From Octopus sinensis (lineage: Eukaryota), in the NCBI RefSeq assembly GCF_006345805.1, contig NC_043006.1, positions 91,512,001-91,576,000 of the forward strand: a DNA stretch of 64,000 bases, in the 5' to 3' direction. Below, one piece after another: positions 1 to 12,193 of this stretch. Each line of letters starts with the position of its first letter. Positions within the stretch are counted from its first letter, which is position 1. Made by a program: the position numbers and the translations under genes. The notes below the pieces were generated by a model. The model was not told the DNA's origin. It searched no databases and saw only the letters and a program-made list of their open reading frames with translations.

Positions 1-1385
1 GCAACTGAAAGTTTTGCTGCTATTTGCAAATAAATATTTGGAGAAATACATAACAAGCGTATTTTGTATAAGTTAATAAGCTAGTTTTTTTCCTGAATAA
101 TGTTAAAAGTCAGGAACACAAGTGGAATTTATTTCCAATTTTATAATTCTGTAAACACTCTGGTGAATATAATTTATCAGCAAATCGTATTTCAGTCAAG
201 TTATTGGAGCCATGTTATTGTATGAGTGGAAGCCACCCAGTTCTCTTTGTATGGTGTGTGTGTGTGTGTGTGTGCGTGCGTGTGTGTGTGTGTGTGTGTG
301 TAAACGTATTATATGTGGTACAATTGTAAATATTTTAGTAAATATATAAACGTATGTGTTCTACATCTATGTACAAATGCTATTTTATGCATAATGCTAT
401 ATGTATCTGTGTATATTCGTTTGTGTGTGTGTGTGTATGCAGTTGTCTGTGCCTTTATAAATATTATTCGTGTATATTTCTGTTTACATCTTCGTGGTAT
501 GTTTGCACGTGTTTGTCTTGTTTGTGAGTATAAATATAATTATTTGTGTTAATGTGAGTGTGTCCGTGTTTCTTTGTCTATGAATGACGTTTGTATACAT
601 TTGTCTTTGTTTGTGCATATAGGATATTTGTGTATGTTAATATCTGTGTGTATATACGCGTGTGTATGTTTGGGTTCATTTGTCAGTGTACAAATGTTAT
701 TTTTGTATGTTAATACTGGTGTATCTGCCTGTGTGTCTGTTATAGTAAAACTGTCTGTATGTGTACATATGTGGTTTCTGTATGTTAATATGTGTGTGTG
801 AGTGTGTGTGTGCATTGTCTCTCATAACTGTTCGGAAAAGATATCACACTATTGCTTGGTCAGCCGTAACTTCGAATCCATAACAGCTCTATTATTTCAT
901 ATCAGCACAAGACGCTGAATTCCGCATTGGTTCGGTTTGCCGAGATATAAGGAATGTCTGCCAGGTTGTTCAGGAAAAAAGTTACATGGAATAATCTATT
1001 GTACCGAAAAACAAAACTATAAGAAAGCATCATCATCATCGTCGTCGTCGTCGTCGTCATCATCATCATCATCATCATCGTCATCATCATCATCATCATC
1101 GACATCATCATCATCTTCAACATCATCATCTTCAATATCATTTCTGTTCTCATCATTGGCACAAACATTCTCAACCAAGCAAGGAGAACACGGACTTAGA
1201 AGTTTTCTGGCTTTCAGAGGTAGCTAGTTATGTTAGGTTCTTCAGTTCAATTCTTGCCAGGGTTGCCTTAGTTTTTATTCATCATCTTCATCATCATCAT
1301 AAGTCTTCACGCACAGAATTTTTATTGATCTGATCTGAATGAATGGGTCAGTGCCCATAGGCTTCGCAAACAAGAAATGTATACA

Positions 1386-1419
<34 letters not shown>

Positions 1420-1589
1420 CATACATGATAGCTGCACCCTCGTTATTGAGTGTAGCCATTCCACGAAGCTTAATCAATGTTGTTACCGTGCAATGCCTGT
1501 GTAAGAAGATTTTTTTTAAAGTGAGGAAAGGCTGTGCACTGAGTCAATCCCACTCACTAAGCAACAGCAGCCATAATCCGTAAAAGAAC

Positions 1590-1976
1590 AAATCAACATC
1601 ATCGGTAACCACTGAGCCGCAGGTTCTATGTCGGAGTTATCCCAGTTACCTGAGTTACCTTCTCCTAGAAGGATGCCCTAACAAAGGCTAGGAGTCCTTC
1701 ACTCCCAATGTTTTAACCGCGCGATCGGGTATTCAGTCCGATTATTTTTATGTCCCCGCGCATGATACATCCTTAAGACGTTTATTGGATGGCCGTTGAC
1801 TCTCAAGAGTTCCTCCGCCCTTTGACGGGTTTTGTTTTTCATCCCGCAGGGTGTCCAATAAATACCCTCCTCACCAAGCAAGATTGGTGGGGTTGCCGGT
1901 TTAGTCGGCGACGACCCGACCATCCAACAGGTTGTACTGGGTTACATGTTACCAGTAGCACACGAAAGTGACCTGA
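1590..1976 (-). mobile_element. Probable RTE-like LINE 5' UTR fragment
   Basis: Minus strand carries GGGCATCCTTCTAGGAGAAGGTAACTC and CCCGTCAAAGGGCGGAGGAACTC, resembling RTE 5' UTR motifs as I recall them. The 5' end is lost into a (CATA)n tract. Confidence 0.45.
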
Positions 1977-2288
1977 CATACATACATACATACACACATA
2001 CATACACACATACACACACATACATACACACATACATACACACATACATACATACACGCATACATACACATATACATGCATACATACACACATACATGCA
2101 TACATACATACATACACACATACACACACATACATGCATACACATACACACATAATACACACATACACACATACATACATACACATATACACACATACAT
2201 ACACGCATACACACACATACATGCATGCATGCATGCATACATACATACATACATACATACATACATACATACATACATACATACATAC
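1977..2288. repeat. Compound (CATA)n/(CA)n microsatellite
   Basis: Directly visible; explains the overlapping MYVC/HTYI ORFs. Confidence 0.97.
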
Positions 2289-2604
2289 GTAATTTGAGAT
2301 GGAGAAAAGAAAATGTGTACAGTTGTGGAAATCAGTTGCCCAACGGATGTTAACATAAAGCTGAAGATCAGTGAAAAAGAAAATACCTAAGCTGAACTAT
2401 CTTCTCCCTCTCTCTCTCTCTCTCTCTCATGCCACCCTCTCTTTAACTCTGTCCTAACCATTTCTCTGTTAATCTCTTTCTCCGTGTCTCTTTCTCCAAC
2501 CACCACCTTTACCACTGCCTCCGCCGTTATCACTACAAGAACTACTACCATTTAAAATTTTTTTATTTCAGTTACTTCCTTTAGCATGACGTAAAGGTAG
2601 GTAG

Positions 2605-2834
2605 GTGGAGCTGTTGTATGGACAGGGACGTGGAGGCCCGTGAGACTAGATTCTCCTGCGATTATTTCAAAAATAACGAGGGAACTTGGTAGATTCCTGG
2701 ATAGTGATTTTCGTTTAGGAAAAGGAAATAACCTATTTGACAAATACGAAATTAGGCGAGATGCATTTGTTTTAATGGATTTATCAGATAAGAAGAACAT
2801 TTCTGAAAACTCCTGCTTCGAGAACAACATCTAA
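2605..2834 (+). CDS. Possible isolated terminal coding exon of unknown protein (GAVVWTGTWRPVRLDSPAIISKITRELGRFLDSDF...ENNI*)
   Basis: About 76 open codons of non-repetitive, protein-like composition after a T-rich tract and AG, followed by AT-rich sequence. No family recognised. Confidence 0.25.
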
Positions 2835-3967
2835 ATAATGTAGTTTTATATTGTAAAGTTGAAATTTATGAGTGTCATTTATCGATTTATCTGTTCAATA
2901 ATATGTAAATAATGTTAATAACTTGCAAAGTTATGCTACTGCATTAGCAAAGGTTTAAATAATTGCTCTCTTAACGGTAGTAGAAAACTGCGAGATATAA
3001 TATCTATTTCGAATATTAATGATGAAGACGTGTGAAGTATCTTTCATAAATAAGACGAAGCACGGAAAAGCAAAGTAGATTTCAAGTACTTCGGTGTTAT
3101 ACGTAATTAACATAGTAAATCCAGAAGAAATATATGGATTCATGTGAGATTAACTCGTTAAAGGAATGATTAAGCCGAATTCAAGCAGAAGCTTTTATGA
3201 CAAATTGGCTAATGTTTGCCACAAAGCCCGGAGAATAGGAAATACTTACGAGATATCTGCCTTGCTAATTCCTCAATGAAACGACAAGAAGCTAATTTAT
3301 TTATACAAGACACTATTTCAAAGATTCCAACGTCAGAGAGTTTCAAATCTTTATAGAATTTCACTCAGAAAGCAAGTTATTTTGTATGATTTAACTTGCG
3401 GCACATGAATGCTTTTATGAGTGCGGAGGGACAAAATGATCACAGGAGCAGAACAGTTTGAATTATTTTAGAAATGAATGATGATAATAGAACTTAATGG
3501 TTTTAGTTTCAATTCAAAAACTTATATTTGTTTGGACTTTTGAATCTAATTTTGAAAAAAAAACAAAAAAAAAAAAACACGAGACGAAAAGGAAAACCAA
3601 ACAAACATATAAACCAAGAGAAGAGGAGGTGTAACAGTCAAAATATTAGAATATAAATACTGACAACTTAGGAGCACTGAAACATAACGGCTACACTCAA
3701 GTGGTCAATAGGTAGAAGCCTTGCTTAGTCATTCGTTAAGAGTATTCCGGAAATGCCCAATGAAGCTGAAAATGCACTTGAACGTGAATGTGTTGCAACT
3801 TAAAAAGACCCAGGGGACAAGATCGAATTTGCTTTTCAGCCGTAAACAACTGAAAGTTGAAAATAATATTTTTTGGTCAAAGAAAAATGACCGGTTTGTA
3901 AAATGAACAGGTTCAAGAATTTGAGAGAGTAAAGCTTGGTGCAATTTTAAATGTGTTTATATCATAC

Positions 3968-4350
3968 ATTAGCAGTATCGCCCGGCGTTGCTCGGGTTTG
4001 TTTCGACCCTTTAGAATTGGAATTTTTGAAAAGTAAAAGTTTTGCATTATGTAGCTTTTTATTCTCTTTAAGTGAACATTTTTCTGGTTGAAATACACCG
4101 AAAATGGCAACACAGCAGTCAAAAATTCCTAAAAAAATAGGGATTTTCATAGAAAAAAAGCACCTTTTTGATGTAAATAATTTTTGGTGTTAACATGGTC
4201 CAATTTGAATTTTTTCTTCTGTGGAAGGAAGAGCAAGACTTCTCTCATACTCTCAATTTTGGTCAACTTGCGCCGCAGGGTCTCGGAGGAAATAGTGTTA
4301 GTTGAAGGCTACCAAACCTGCCACACACAGACAATTTCAGCTTTATATAT
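3968..4350 (-). mobile_element. Non-autonomous Helitron-like element
   Basis: On minus it begins TATATATAAAGCTGAAATTGTCTGTGTG and ends with a GC hairpin (plus CCCGGCGTTGCTCGGG, 3981-3996) about 10 nt before a CTAG-like end (CTAA here). This is the Helitron terminal pattern. Confidence 0.7.
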
Positions 4351-4352
4351 AT

Positions 4353-4385
<33 letters not shown>

Positions 4386-4714
4386 TTAAACAAAGGCATT
4401 AAAGTAAATGTTTAAACTTTGAACGACTCCCAATTCTCTTGCAAATGTGACACGGCTTAATAGTTATTCAAAATTTCATTTCATGATCTTTTCTAATTTT
4501 TGTACAAGCAATTTTAAGGTGAAGATGACCACCTCAGTGCCCCGAAAAAATGAAAGGCAAAGGCGACCTCGGTGGCATTCGCACTTACAACGTAAAGAGC
4601 CGGAAGAAATGTTTTTAATCATTTTGTTCGGCACGGTAACGATTCTGCCTGCTCGCCACCCCAGATTCCATCTCATAACAATATTCAGTGTCACCAAGAA
4701 AGATAGACTGAATC

Positions 4715-5573
4715 TTGTTCTTGGCAGCTTTCGTAACTATTTCAGCAAGTTGACATAGTACTCTCCATTGATGGTGTGGTCATTCTGAAGATGTTTAATT
4801 GACATAATAGTATTTGCATCCCCCAAACACCGGGGCCATCATCTTCCTTGCAGATGAACCGCCCTCAGACTTCTTTGGAGTAGGTGAGAAGGAGGTGTTT
4901 TCACTACATGGATTGTGGTTTTGTCTTTGACACTCATCCTGGGTTAGGAAACGTTCAAGAAAACCAGCTGGATTTGTCTCTACACAATGTCAGATTTTCC
5001 TGTGATGCGATCAGCTTGGTGCGCTTTGCTTTTGATGAGGTGTCAGAAGACGTGGCCCCCACCGAACAGAAACCGTCGTCATGCCAGCTTCATTGTGCAG
5101 AATACTCTTAAATATCTCACGGGATATGCTAATAGCATTGGCTATTTGATTTATAGTCAATAACCTGTTACCCATCACCATATGGTGGCAGCTTCAGGTC
5201 ACCCATGCTTTAGGTCGCCTTCAACACTTTTTCTTCCCCTCCTAAATTCACCTGCCCACTTTTGCACTGTTGATAAAGCTGGTGCGTAATCCCCTAATAT
5301 AGCAATCATGTCAGCATCAATGTCCTTGGAGGCTAAATCCTTTTTCTGCTGGTACCTGGTAACATCACGATACCAAATCATGTTCATTTCCTTAAGAAAT
5401 CGCTACCAGTTACTTTTGAAGTCTTCTATGACAGTTTACCTAAAAAACAAACAAACAAACAAAAAAAACAATGTAGTTACAAATAAGATGAGTTAAAATT
5501 AAAGCATACCAGTTTTCACAGCTTTAGCATTAATCCTTCATAGTCAGCCTTTGAAGTTTTAAGCCCACCCGCG
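4715..5573 (-). mobile_element. Degenerate Tc1/mariner transposon (transposase pseudogene)
   Basis: Minus translation gives an HTH region KDIDADMIAILGDYAPALSTVQKWAGEFRRGRKSVE and later FLERFLTQDEC and GEYYVNLL segments. A TIR-like end CGCGGGTGGGCTTAAAACTTC lies next to TA at 5574-5575. Multiple stops and frameshifts. Confidence 0.85.
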
Positions 5574-5604
5574 TAGAGCCACGCAGACAAATAACTCATT
5601 TAAA

Positions 5605-5640
<36 letters not shown>

Positions 5641-5644
5641 AGGG

Positions 5645-6122
5645 ATAGTGAGAGAGAGATACTAGTGTTGTCTAAAGAAGGAGTCTCTCATCTTATCTAG
5701 AGAAACATCATCGAGTGAGGAGGCGATGGTGTAGAGGAAGTTGGATCATTGTCTAATGAAGAGAAAGACAAACCAGTGTGATAGTACCAGAAAGATCGCT
5801 GTTGTCATATACAGAAATAGGCAAACCTGCGCTCTATTCAGACGCAGGTATAACTGTTATATATATATAACTAATGTAGGATAAAATTTTTTTTTTTCGG
5901 GAAAAATTTTTTATCAATGGCCAGCATATCAAAAAATACCTTTAAAGGTTAAATTTATAAATAATTTACAAAATGAGGGCAGAAGAAAAATTCTAATGCC
6001 AAATATGCCGAAAATAAGACAAAAATTGTCAATAACCATTATAATTTATGCGTCTCGAAACAAACCGATAGAAATTTCTAAAAAATCCGTTATTACCGTA
6101 TTGGTCCCAATTTCGGGGTTAA

Positions 6123-6168
<46 letters not shown>

Positions 6169-6614
6169 GGTAGATTAGTAACCTATGTAGAAATAGACCA
6201 ATGACTTCTCTAAGGATTGACCAGAGTCTTTTATAGGAAGAGATAGACGTGTCATATCTAGATGAACAGATGGATCAGAATCATATCTGAAAACATGGTC
6301 CACATATAGAGGGACAGTTGAACTAGTGTATTATCAAGAAAAACGAATCGACCAGCAACCTATCAGGGGTCAGAAAAATCAGTGACCCATCGAGGAAAAG
6401 ATAGAATTGTGGCAAATTTAGTAACAGACACATCACAGTCCTGTTCGGAGACAAATACAAACTTATCTAGAGATACAGATACTCTAGTATGCTATCTACA
6501 GAGACAGCGGTCAGTGTCCTCTCTGCTCGGACATGTAGACTATTGCCAGTTGCCTAATTAGTGAGATAGACAGACCGGTGTCCTATCTAAAGGCAGGTGA
6601 TACAGCGTTCTCCC

Positions 6615-6657
<43 letters not shown>

Positions 6658-6900
6658 TTGTGTTATATTTAGGGAGATAGACCAGTATTTTATCTGGAGA
6701 CAGACAGATCAAACTTTTGCAAGGTAGACTCCTGGGGCAGTGAGCTATCTGGTGACAGATTCATTAGTGTTCTATAGCTAGACATACAAATAATTGATCT
6801 GTCTAGCGAAACAGACAGACTAGTGTCCTTTGTGGGGAAACTGATAGCATATGGCCTTATTTAACGAGGGGAAAAAGACTAGTATCCTCTTTATATGATA
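5645..6900 (+). repeat. Highly degenerate ~25-30 bp minisatellite, interrupted at ~5857-6170
   Basis: Recurrent units resembling AGACAGACCAGTGTCCTATCT(A/G)G, e.g. gatagacagaccggtgtcctatctaaagg, gatagaccagtattttatctggag, acagacagactagtgtcctttgtgggg. Confidence 0.6.
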
Positions 6901-7134
6901 CCATAGAATTTGTCACTTTCGAAAAATAGTCTCGGCTGTAATGAATCTGTGGTGTCAGTTTGATGTCCTTTATTTACCTTTTGTCTACACCATCGAAGAT
7001 ATTACATGTATTGAAACTTGTGATCAAACAAAATTGCTGTAGAGTTAAGGTGCAGCAAGAAACGGATGAAGTTCAGTCTGTCTCGGGTGCTAGTGTGAAA
7101 GAATACCAAACTTCCTCTGGGCTATTATGAGTTT

Positions 7135-7510
7135 TCATTATCATCATTGTTCGACTGTGGTCGAGACAATGGAATTTACTATGCTACGCCAGACTTCACG
7201 GTCCATCATTGCATTACGGAGGTCCTGTTGCTGGATGCCTGTATCCCTGGAGATTACACCAGGGTAGGAGAGTGTGCTCCCTCTGGTATCGCGAGCAGAT
7301 GGCTTCCAGAGGAGAAGAGTAGAAATTACCTCGTTTTCAGCTCTACAACAATGTCCAGCAAACTGGACTCTTCTACCTTTCACAAGAGATGACAGAGGTG
7401 GTAATTTCCCATATATTTGTACTTTGGTTGGATGACGCTTCCACGAGAGATTTTGAGCTCTCATAAGGAGGCGAGTGCAAGTTCCATCCAACCGCCTCTC
7501 AATGAGTTTT
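7135..7510 (-). mobile_element. RTE/RTEX-like LINE, 5'-truncated 3' end
   Basis: ORF 7144-7491 (LSWKRHPT..IYGKLPPLSSLVKGRRVQFAGHCCRAENEVISTLLLWKP..DREVWRSIV) matches the RTE C-terminal pattern and is followed by a short TGATGAT tail. Confidence 0.85.
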
Positions 7511-8914
7511 AATTAAAGTGGACGTGTCACAAATATTGTTACTCCTCCCCACGGCCTCAAAAATCTTTGCTTCGTCAGTGTTATAAATATATATTATCTT
7601 TTTTAAAACGGTAAAGTGTGTTTTGTTTTGAGATTTGGTTGCTATTTCAAGAAGGTCGGTCGACAACTAGAAGCTGCTACCTCATTGGCTGGTATAAGAA
7701 GCAAAAGTAGATGGAATATTTTCTTTTGACATTTAAGAAATTTGTCGGCTGCCACAAATATATGATAGACTATATATATTTACAAGCATCAGCTGTTAAT
7801 GTAGGCGTGCATAGTTCAAGAGACAAAACTTTGTTATTACTATTTAACTAACAAAATTAGCTGATGGTCATTAGCTGTTTTATCTCGTGTTAATCAGAAT
7901 TCAAATCCTACAATTAATAATTGAAGCGATGCACGTGAAAGTGGTTTATATTCTCCAACCTCACATATTCTTCTTCACTTGGCACCAATTCCCCGCTCAC
8001 CAACCGAGTCTTTTGCTTCGGTCCATCTTTGTTATTATTCAATCATTTAACACTGGCTCGAAGCTGACTGCTTATTTCGTTGATTAGTGCGTTTCATGTG
8101 ATGTAGTATCACCTGTCAGCTACGATTTATCACATTCACAGTAAAGTGTTGGCAATCTACAGGTAATCACTTGGATAACACCATGCCGTTTGCTCCCATC
8201 CAGCCTTCACTGCTTAGCATTACTGTTTCTTGTTGCTCAGCTGCAAGTTGAAATCATATTAACAGCCGTTAAGTTAATTTTCTACAGTGATGCAACGGCA
8301 GGAGCAGAAGTAACAACAACAACAACAACAACAACAACAACTATACCAGTAAGTTAAGGAGTAACTGAAATGACAAATAATCGGACAGCCAGTCAAGAAA
8401 TAAGGGGTCTGTGTCCTGCTATTGACACGGCCCTGTCACCTGTCGCCAGACGTGGGAACAATATTGAATAATCCATCGATGCAAAAATGGAATGTTAAAT
8501 TAAGCGCAAACATAAAATCTATGACCTCAGATTTGGATAAGTCCATTACAACGACTTCATTATTTCACTGGGATCAATACAAGACAAATCCAGAAGGAAG
8601 AAAGTTGACATTTGCCGGATTTGAAATCAGAACATACACAACCAGTTTCTACCACGGCAAAATTGACGAGTGCTTTGCTACCTTGCAGTTCTCAGTTCCA
8701 TATTATTTTACAATTGCATCGAGAAAATGGTTCTATTTTCAGTGCTTTATTAAGGTTTGACTTAAAGCGACGGACTGGCAGTGTCGTTAGGAGGCCGGAG
8801 TAAATGCTTAGCAGCATTTCGTGAAACGGTGGTGGAGGCCAAACACGAACACAAACACACACACGAATGCGCACGTTCGCGCGCACACACACACACATAC
8901 ACAATCGCACACAA

Positions 8915-9055
8915 GTATACGACGGGCTTCTTTCGGTTTCCGTCTACCAAATCCATTCAAAAGGCTGTAGTAGAAGACACGTGTCCAAGGTGCAACGCAG
9001 TGGGACTGAGCCCGGAACCATGTGGCTGGGAAGCAAGCTTCATACCATGTAATAA
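8915..9055 (-). mobile_element. tRNA-derived SINE family B, 5' half
   Basis: Reverse complement of the head of the 51061-51450 copy (gttccgggctcagtcccactgcgttgcaccttggacacgtgtcttctactacagcc). Confidence 0.8.
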
Positions 9056-9289
9056 AATGCTAAAAGGCCAATCCAAAAATGACAGCGTGTTGAAACCACT
9101 TCTACAAGTGTAGTTTCTGGTTGAGATTATCTTACTGACGCGGATCGAAGCCGTTGTGTGTGTCTGTAAATAGCATTGTAGACATAACGCCCACTGCACC
9201 TATCTATCTCTCTTCTGCTCATCATCGTCGCCGTTGTCGTCGTGATCCTCGTCGATATCATTACCATCAATGGTATCGCTATCCTCTAC

Positions 9290-9550
9290 GCCACCACCAT
9301 CATCATCATCATCATCATCATCACCACCATCACCATCATCATCATCGTCGTCGTCATCGCAATCATCATCATCATCATCACTACCATGACCATCATCATC
9401 ATCATCATCATCATCACTACCATGATCATGATCATCATCATCGACGTGATGATGATCATATTTATTTTCATTATCAATATAATCTTTATCGTTATCATCT
9501 CCATCATTACTTCATCCTCACCAATACCTGCTTCTTCTTCCACCACCAGC

Positions 9551-9584
<34 letters not shown>

Positions 9585-9610
9585 TTTCATTGACCATCGC
9601 TGTCATCATT
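9290..9610. repeat. (CAT)n/(CAC)n trinucleotide microsatellite complex
   Basis: Directly visible; source of the poly-H, poly-I and poly-M ORFs. Confidence 0.95.
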
Positions 9611-10522
9611 ATGTCGTTCGCATTGTTATATTCGCTTCCATGACTCATCGTTGCCTCACCCATACGAACCGTTATACTTCACTATTCGGCCATTGTGTTC
9701 AAGGATTTACTAGTATAATGTTTCTTTTTCTCTGTACTTTCGCTGACTTGGTCTTCTGAAGTTAAACTATGAACGTTATTAAACCGACCCGACCGAATGT
9801 CGCCTCTTTTACAATTTAAAATCCCATTCTTCAGTAAGACTTTTCGGTTTGTATCAAACGTAGTTCACGTTCTTGCACTTTATCAATAAGAACAGAAATA
9901 AAACTGGAGACCTAAAAGAACTTCTATAATAGACCAACAGAAAGGAGTGTTGTGTGGGTGTTGTCAAGAACGGCAGCCAAATAAAAGACTGGAACGAGAA
10001 CGAGACGCTAAACAATGATGGTTAAAAGGATCGAGGCGTCTTTGTAAGACTCTGGAAATGACATGAAATCGATAACTTACAAAGATTAAAGATACTCAGA
10101 AAAGATAAAGGCTCGAAATATGCATGAGGAATCAATAAGTAACCTTGGCTCTTTTATATTTCTCTATTTTTATTGCTAAGTTCTGTTTGTATATGCTCCA
10201 GCTTCCCCGCCTCCCATCACGGTACCCCATCACTGTCTCTGTCGGCTATTTTGTTTCACATCCTTTTATTTACTGTATCTACCTGGCCGGAAATATATTT
10301 TCTTGCTTTTCCCCCATTACACTCCAATACAGTTTTATGACATGTTCAATTTAAAACCGAATTTTCCCGTCGTTTTATTTATTTTTCACTTTGAGACGCT
10401 CCCCCCCACCTTCCACAGTCAATGTTTTCGTATTCTGATCGAAACTATGTCTGGAAGGGAAGTTCACATGCAAATGCCAACAACCGGGGTTCAAGATTCC
10501 AACTTTACTGAAAATTTAGTGA

Positions 10523-10565
<43 letters not shown>

Positions 10566-10575
10566 AATAATAATG

Positions 10576-10609
<34 letters not shown>

Positions 10610-10614
10610 TAATA

Positions 10615-11280
10615 AAAGCAGAGAGCGAAGGTTTCATCCTGGCTGCTCAAGATCAAAGCCTATTAACCCGGAACTACCAGGCCAATGTGATGAAAAATGG
10701 AGCAGACCCAAAATGCCGATTCTGCAACGACATGATTGAAACAGTGGACCACCTAATCTCTGGATGTAAAGTCTTAGCTCCAGTGGAGTATAAATTAAGA
10801 CATGACAGAGTTGGCCAATATCTACACTGGCTAATAAGTCGGCATTACAATATCAAAACTGCCGACAAGTGGTATAATCACCACCCTGAGGCTGTAACTG
10901 AAGGAGAAAATGTAACCATTCTGTGGGACTTTCCAGTACATACAGACCGAACCATCAAGGCTAATAAACCAGATATTGTTGTGAAAGACCAAAACAATAA
11001 AGTTTGCTTATTGATCGACATGAGCATCCCCTGTGATCATAATATCTCAGCGAAAGAGTTTGACAAGCTCAGAAAATATAAAGACCTAGTCATTGAAATT
11101 GAGAAAATGTGGCATCTCAAGGCGGTTACAATACCAGTGATCGTAGGAGCACTAGGAATGATCAAGAAGGGAACCGAAAATTATATGAGAATGATCCCTG
11201 GCTTACCATCCCTGCAAGAAGTGCAAAAGATTGTCTTAACTGGTACATCACACGTATTGAGAAGAGCATTGTCGATGTGA
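10615..11280 (+). CDS. C-terminal fragment of R4/Dong ORF: CCHC zinc knuckle plus restriction-like (PD-D/ExK) endonuclease
   Basis: Uninterrupted 221 codons containing CRFCNDMIETVDHLISGC, ANKPDIVV..LIDMSIP, KLRKYKDL and IPVIVGALG. Confidence 0.85.
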   Translation, partial: KAESEGFILAAQDQSLLTRNYQANVMKNGADPKCRFCNDMIETVDHLISGCKVLAPVEYKLRHDRVGQYLHWLISRHYNIKTADKWYNHHPEAVTEGENVTILWDFPVHTDRTIKANKPDIVVKDQNNKVCLLIDMSIPCDHNISAKEFDKLRKYKDLVIEIEKMWHLKAVTIPVIVGALGMIKKGTENYMRMIPGLPSLQEVQKIVLTGTSHVLRRALSM

Positions 11281-11463
11281 GAACTGTTGCTGCTCATGTA
11301 TTTTAATTTAACTTTAAAAAAAAAAAAAAAAAAAATGAACGAACTACTGAGTTTGGTTTAATGGCCTACCAATGTATACTATGAGTTTCTTTGCCCTAGG
11401 AGTCGGGAAGACACTCGGCAAGAAATGGAAGCAAATTTGAAAGAAGAAGAAAAAAAAATAATA
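10615..11463 (+). mobile_element. R4/Dong-clade non-LTR retrotransposon, 5'-truncated copy 1
   Basis: Starts directly after the (AAT)n tract at ~10523-10614 and ends in A-rich/AAT sequence. Encodes a CCHC knuckle and REL endonuclease. Confidence 0.88.
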
Positions 11464-11754
11464 GCTATGACGATTTAAAGTGAGAAATACGAAGGTTGTG
11501 GTCAATGAAGGGAGTAGACGTGATACCAATAGCAATTGGTGCACTTGGAAGTATCAGCACTCAACTACCAACATGGCTGTAAAAGATCGGTGCAAGTGTG
11601 AAGGTAGAACACTTACAAAAATCAGCATTGCTTGAAACTATAAGAATTTTTCGCAGGGTTCTTGAAGCATGACCAGTGTCACCTTAGTCTGCTGGCTGTG
11701 GACAGCAGATACTTTCCATCATACCCAGCAAAATAAGCTATGAGTTTTCATATG

Positions 11755-11755
<1 letters not shown>
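11464..11755 (+). mobile_element. R4/Dong-type 3' fragment, second subfamily
   Basis: Translates as YDDLK*EIRRLW..VIPIAIGALG..LQKSALLETIRIFRRVLEA*, followed by a 3' UTR and (AAT)n. Homologous to 21887-22200. Confidence 0.8.
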
Positions 11756-11786
<31 letters not shown>

Positions 11787-11787
<1 letters not shown>

Positions 11788-11873
11788 GTTTCAAATTTTA
11801 CCACAAGGGCAGCCATTTTGGGGGAGGGGATGTATAGATTGCATCGACCCAAGTGTTTAACTAGTATTTAATT
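11787..11873 (-). mobile_element. SINE family A, 3' fragment
   Basis: Minus reads ..gtcgatgcaatc..ccccaaaatggctgcccttgtggtaaaatttgaaacc(att)n, matching the tails of other family A copies. Confidence 0.75.
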
Positions 11874-11874
11874 T

Positions 11875-12017
11875 CAGTTCTATATTTAAGAGATGAGGAA
11901 TTGTGTACATTATTTACATTATTTACATTTGACGGATATTTGTCCTCATCTTGTTTGTTGTTAGCACAACGTTTCGGCTGAGAAACCCTCCAGCCTTCAT
12001 CAGGTGTCTTGGGGAAA
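11875..12017 (-). mobile_element. Inverted hammerhead unit of the tRNA-hammerhead composite element
   Basis: Reverse complement of 63268-63413 (tttccccaagacacctgatgaaggctgg...gaactg). Confidence 0.85.
11964..12008 (-). ncRNA. Putative minimal type I hammerhead ribozyme
   Basis: Minus reads GACAC CUGAUGA A GGCUG-loop-CAGCC GAAA C GUU GUGC: core motifs and a 5-bp stem II, with a short stem I. Confidence 0.65.
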
Positions 12018-12087
12018 TATGGCGTAGTGGTTAAGAGTGCGGGCTACTAACCCCAAGATTCCGAGTTCGATTCCAGGCAGTGGCCTG
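12017..12087 (+). mobile_element. tRNA-like Pol III head of the composite element
   Basis: A-box TGGCGTAGTGG (12020-12030), B-box GAGTTCGATTCC (12063-12074) and anticodon-arm-like GGG-CTACTAA-CCC, followed by (AAT)n at 12088-12192. Confidence 0.8.
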
Positions 12088-12106
12088 AATAATAATAATA
12101 ATAATA

Positions 12107-12139
<33 letters not shown>

Positions 12140-12142
12140 ATA

Positions 12143-12192
<50 letters not shown>

Positions 12193-12193
12193 T

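Noticed and set aside
2900-3480. Possible decayed coding sequence downstream of the candidate exon
   Set aside because: The frames I translated have frequent stops and no recognisable motif.
10303-10614. N-terminal part of the 325-aa ORF
   Set aside because: Chance in-frame fusion of unique DNA and the (AAT)n tract to the truncated Dong ORF; only 10615-11280 is element-derived.
12017-12087. Functional tRNA gene
   Set aside because: A and B boxes are present but there is no proper acceptor or full anticodon stem, and it is followed by (AAT)n. It behaves as a SINE head, as does 60313-60383.
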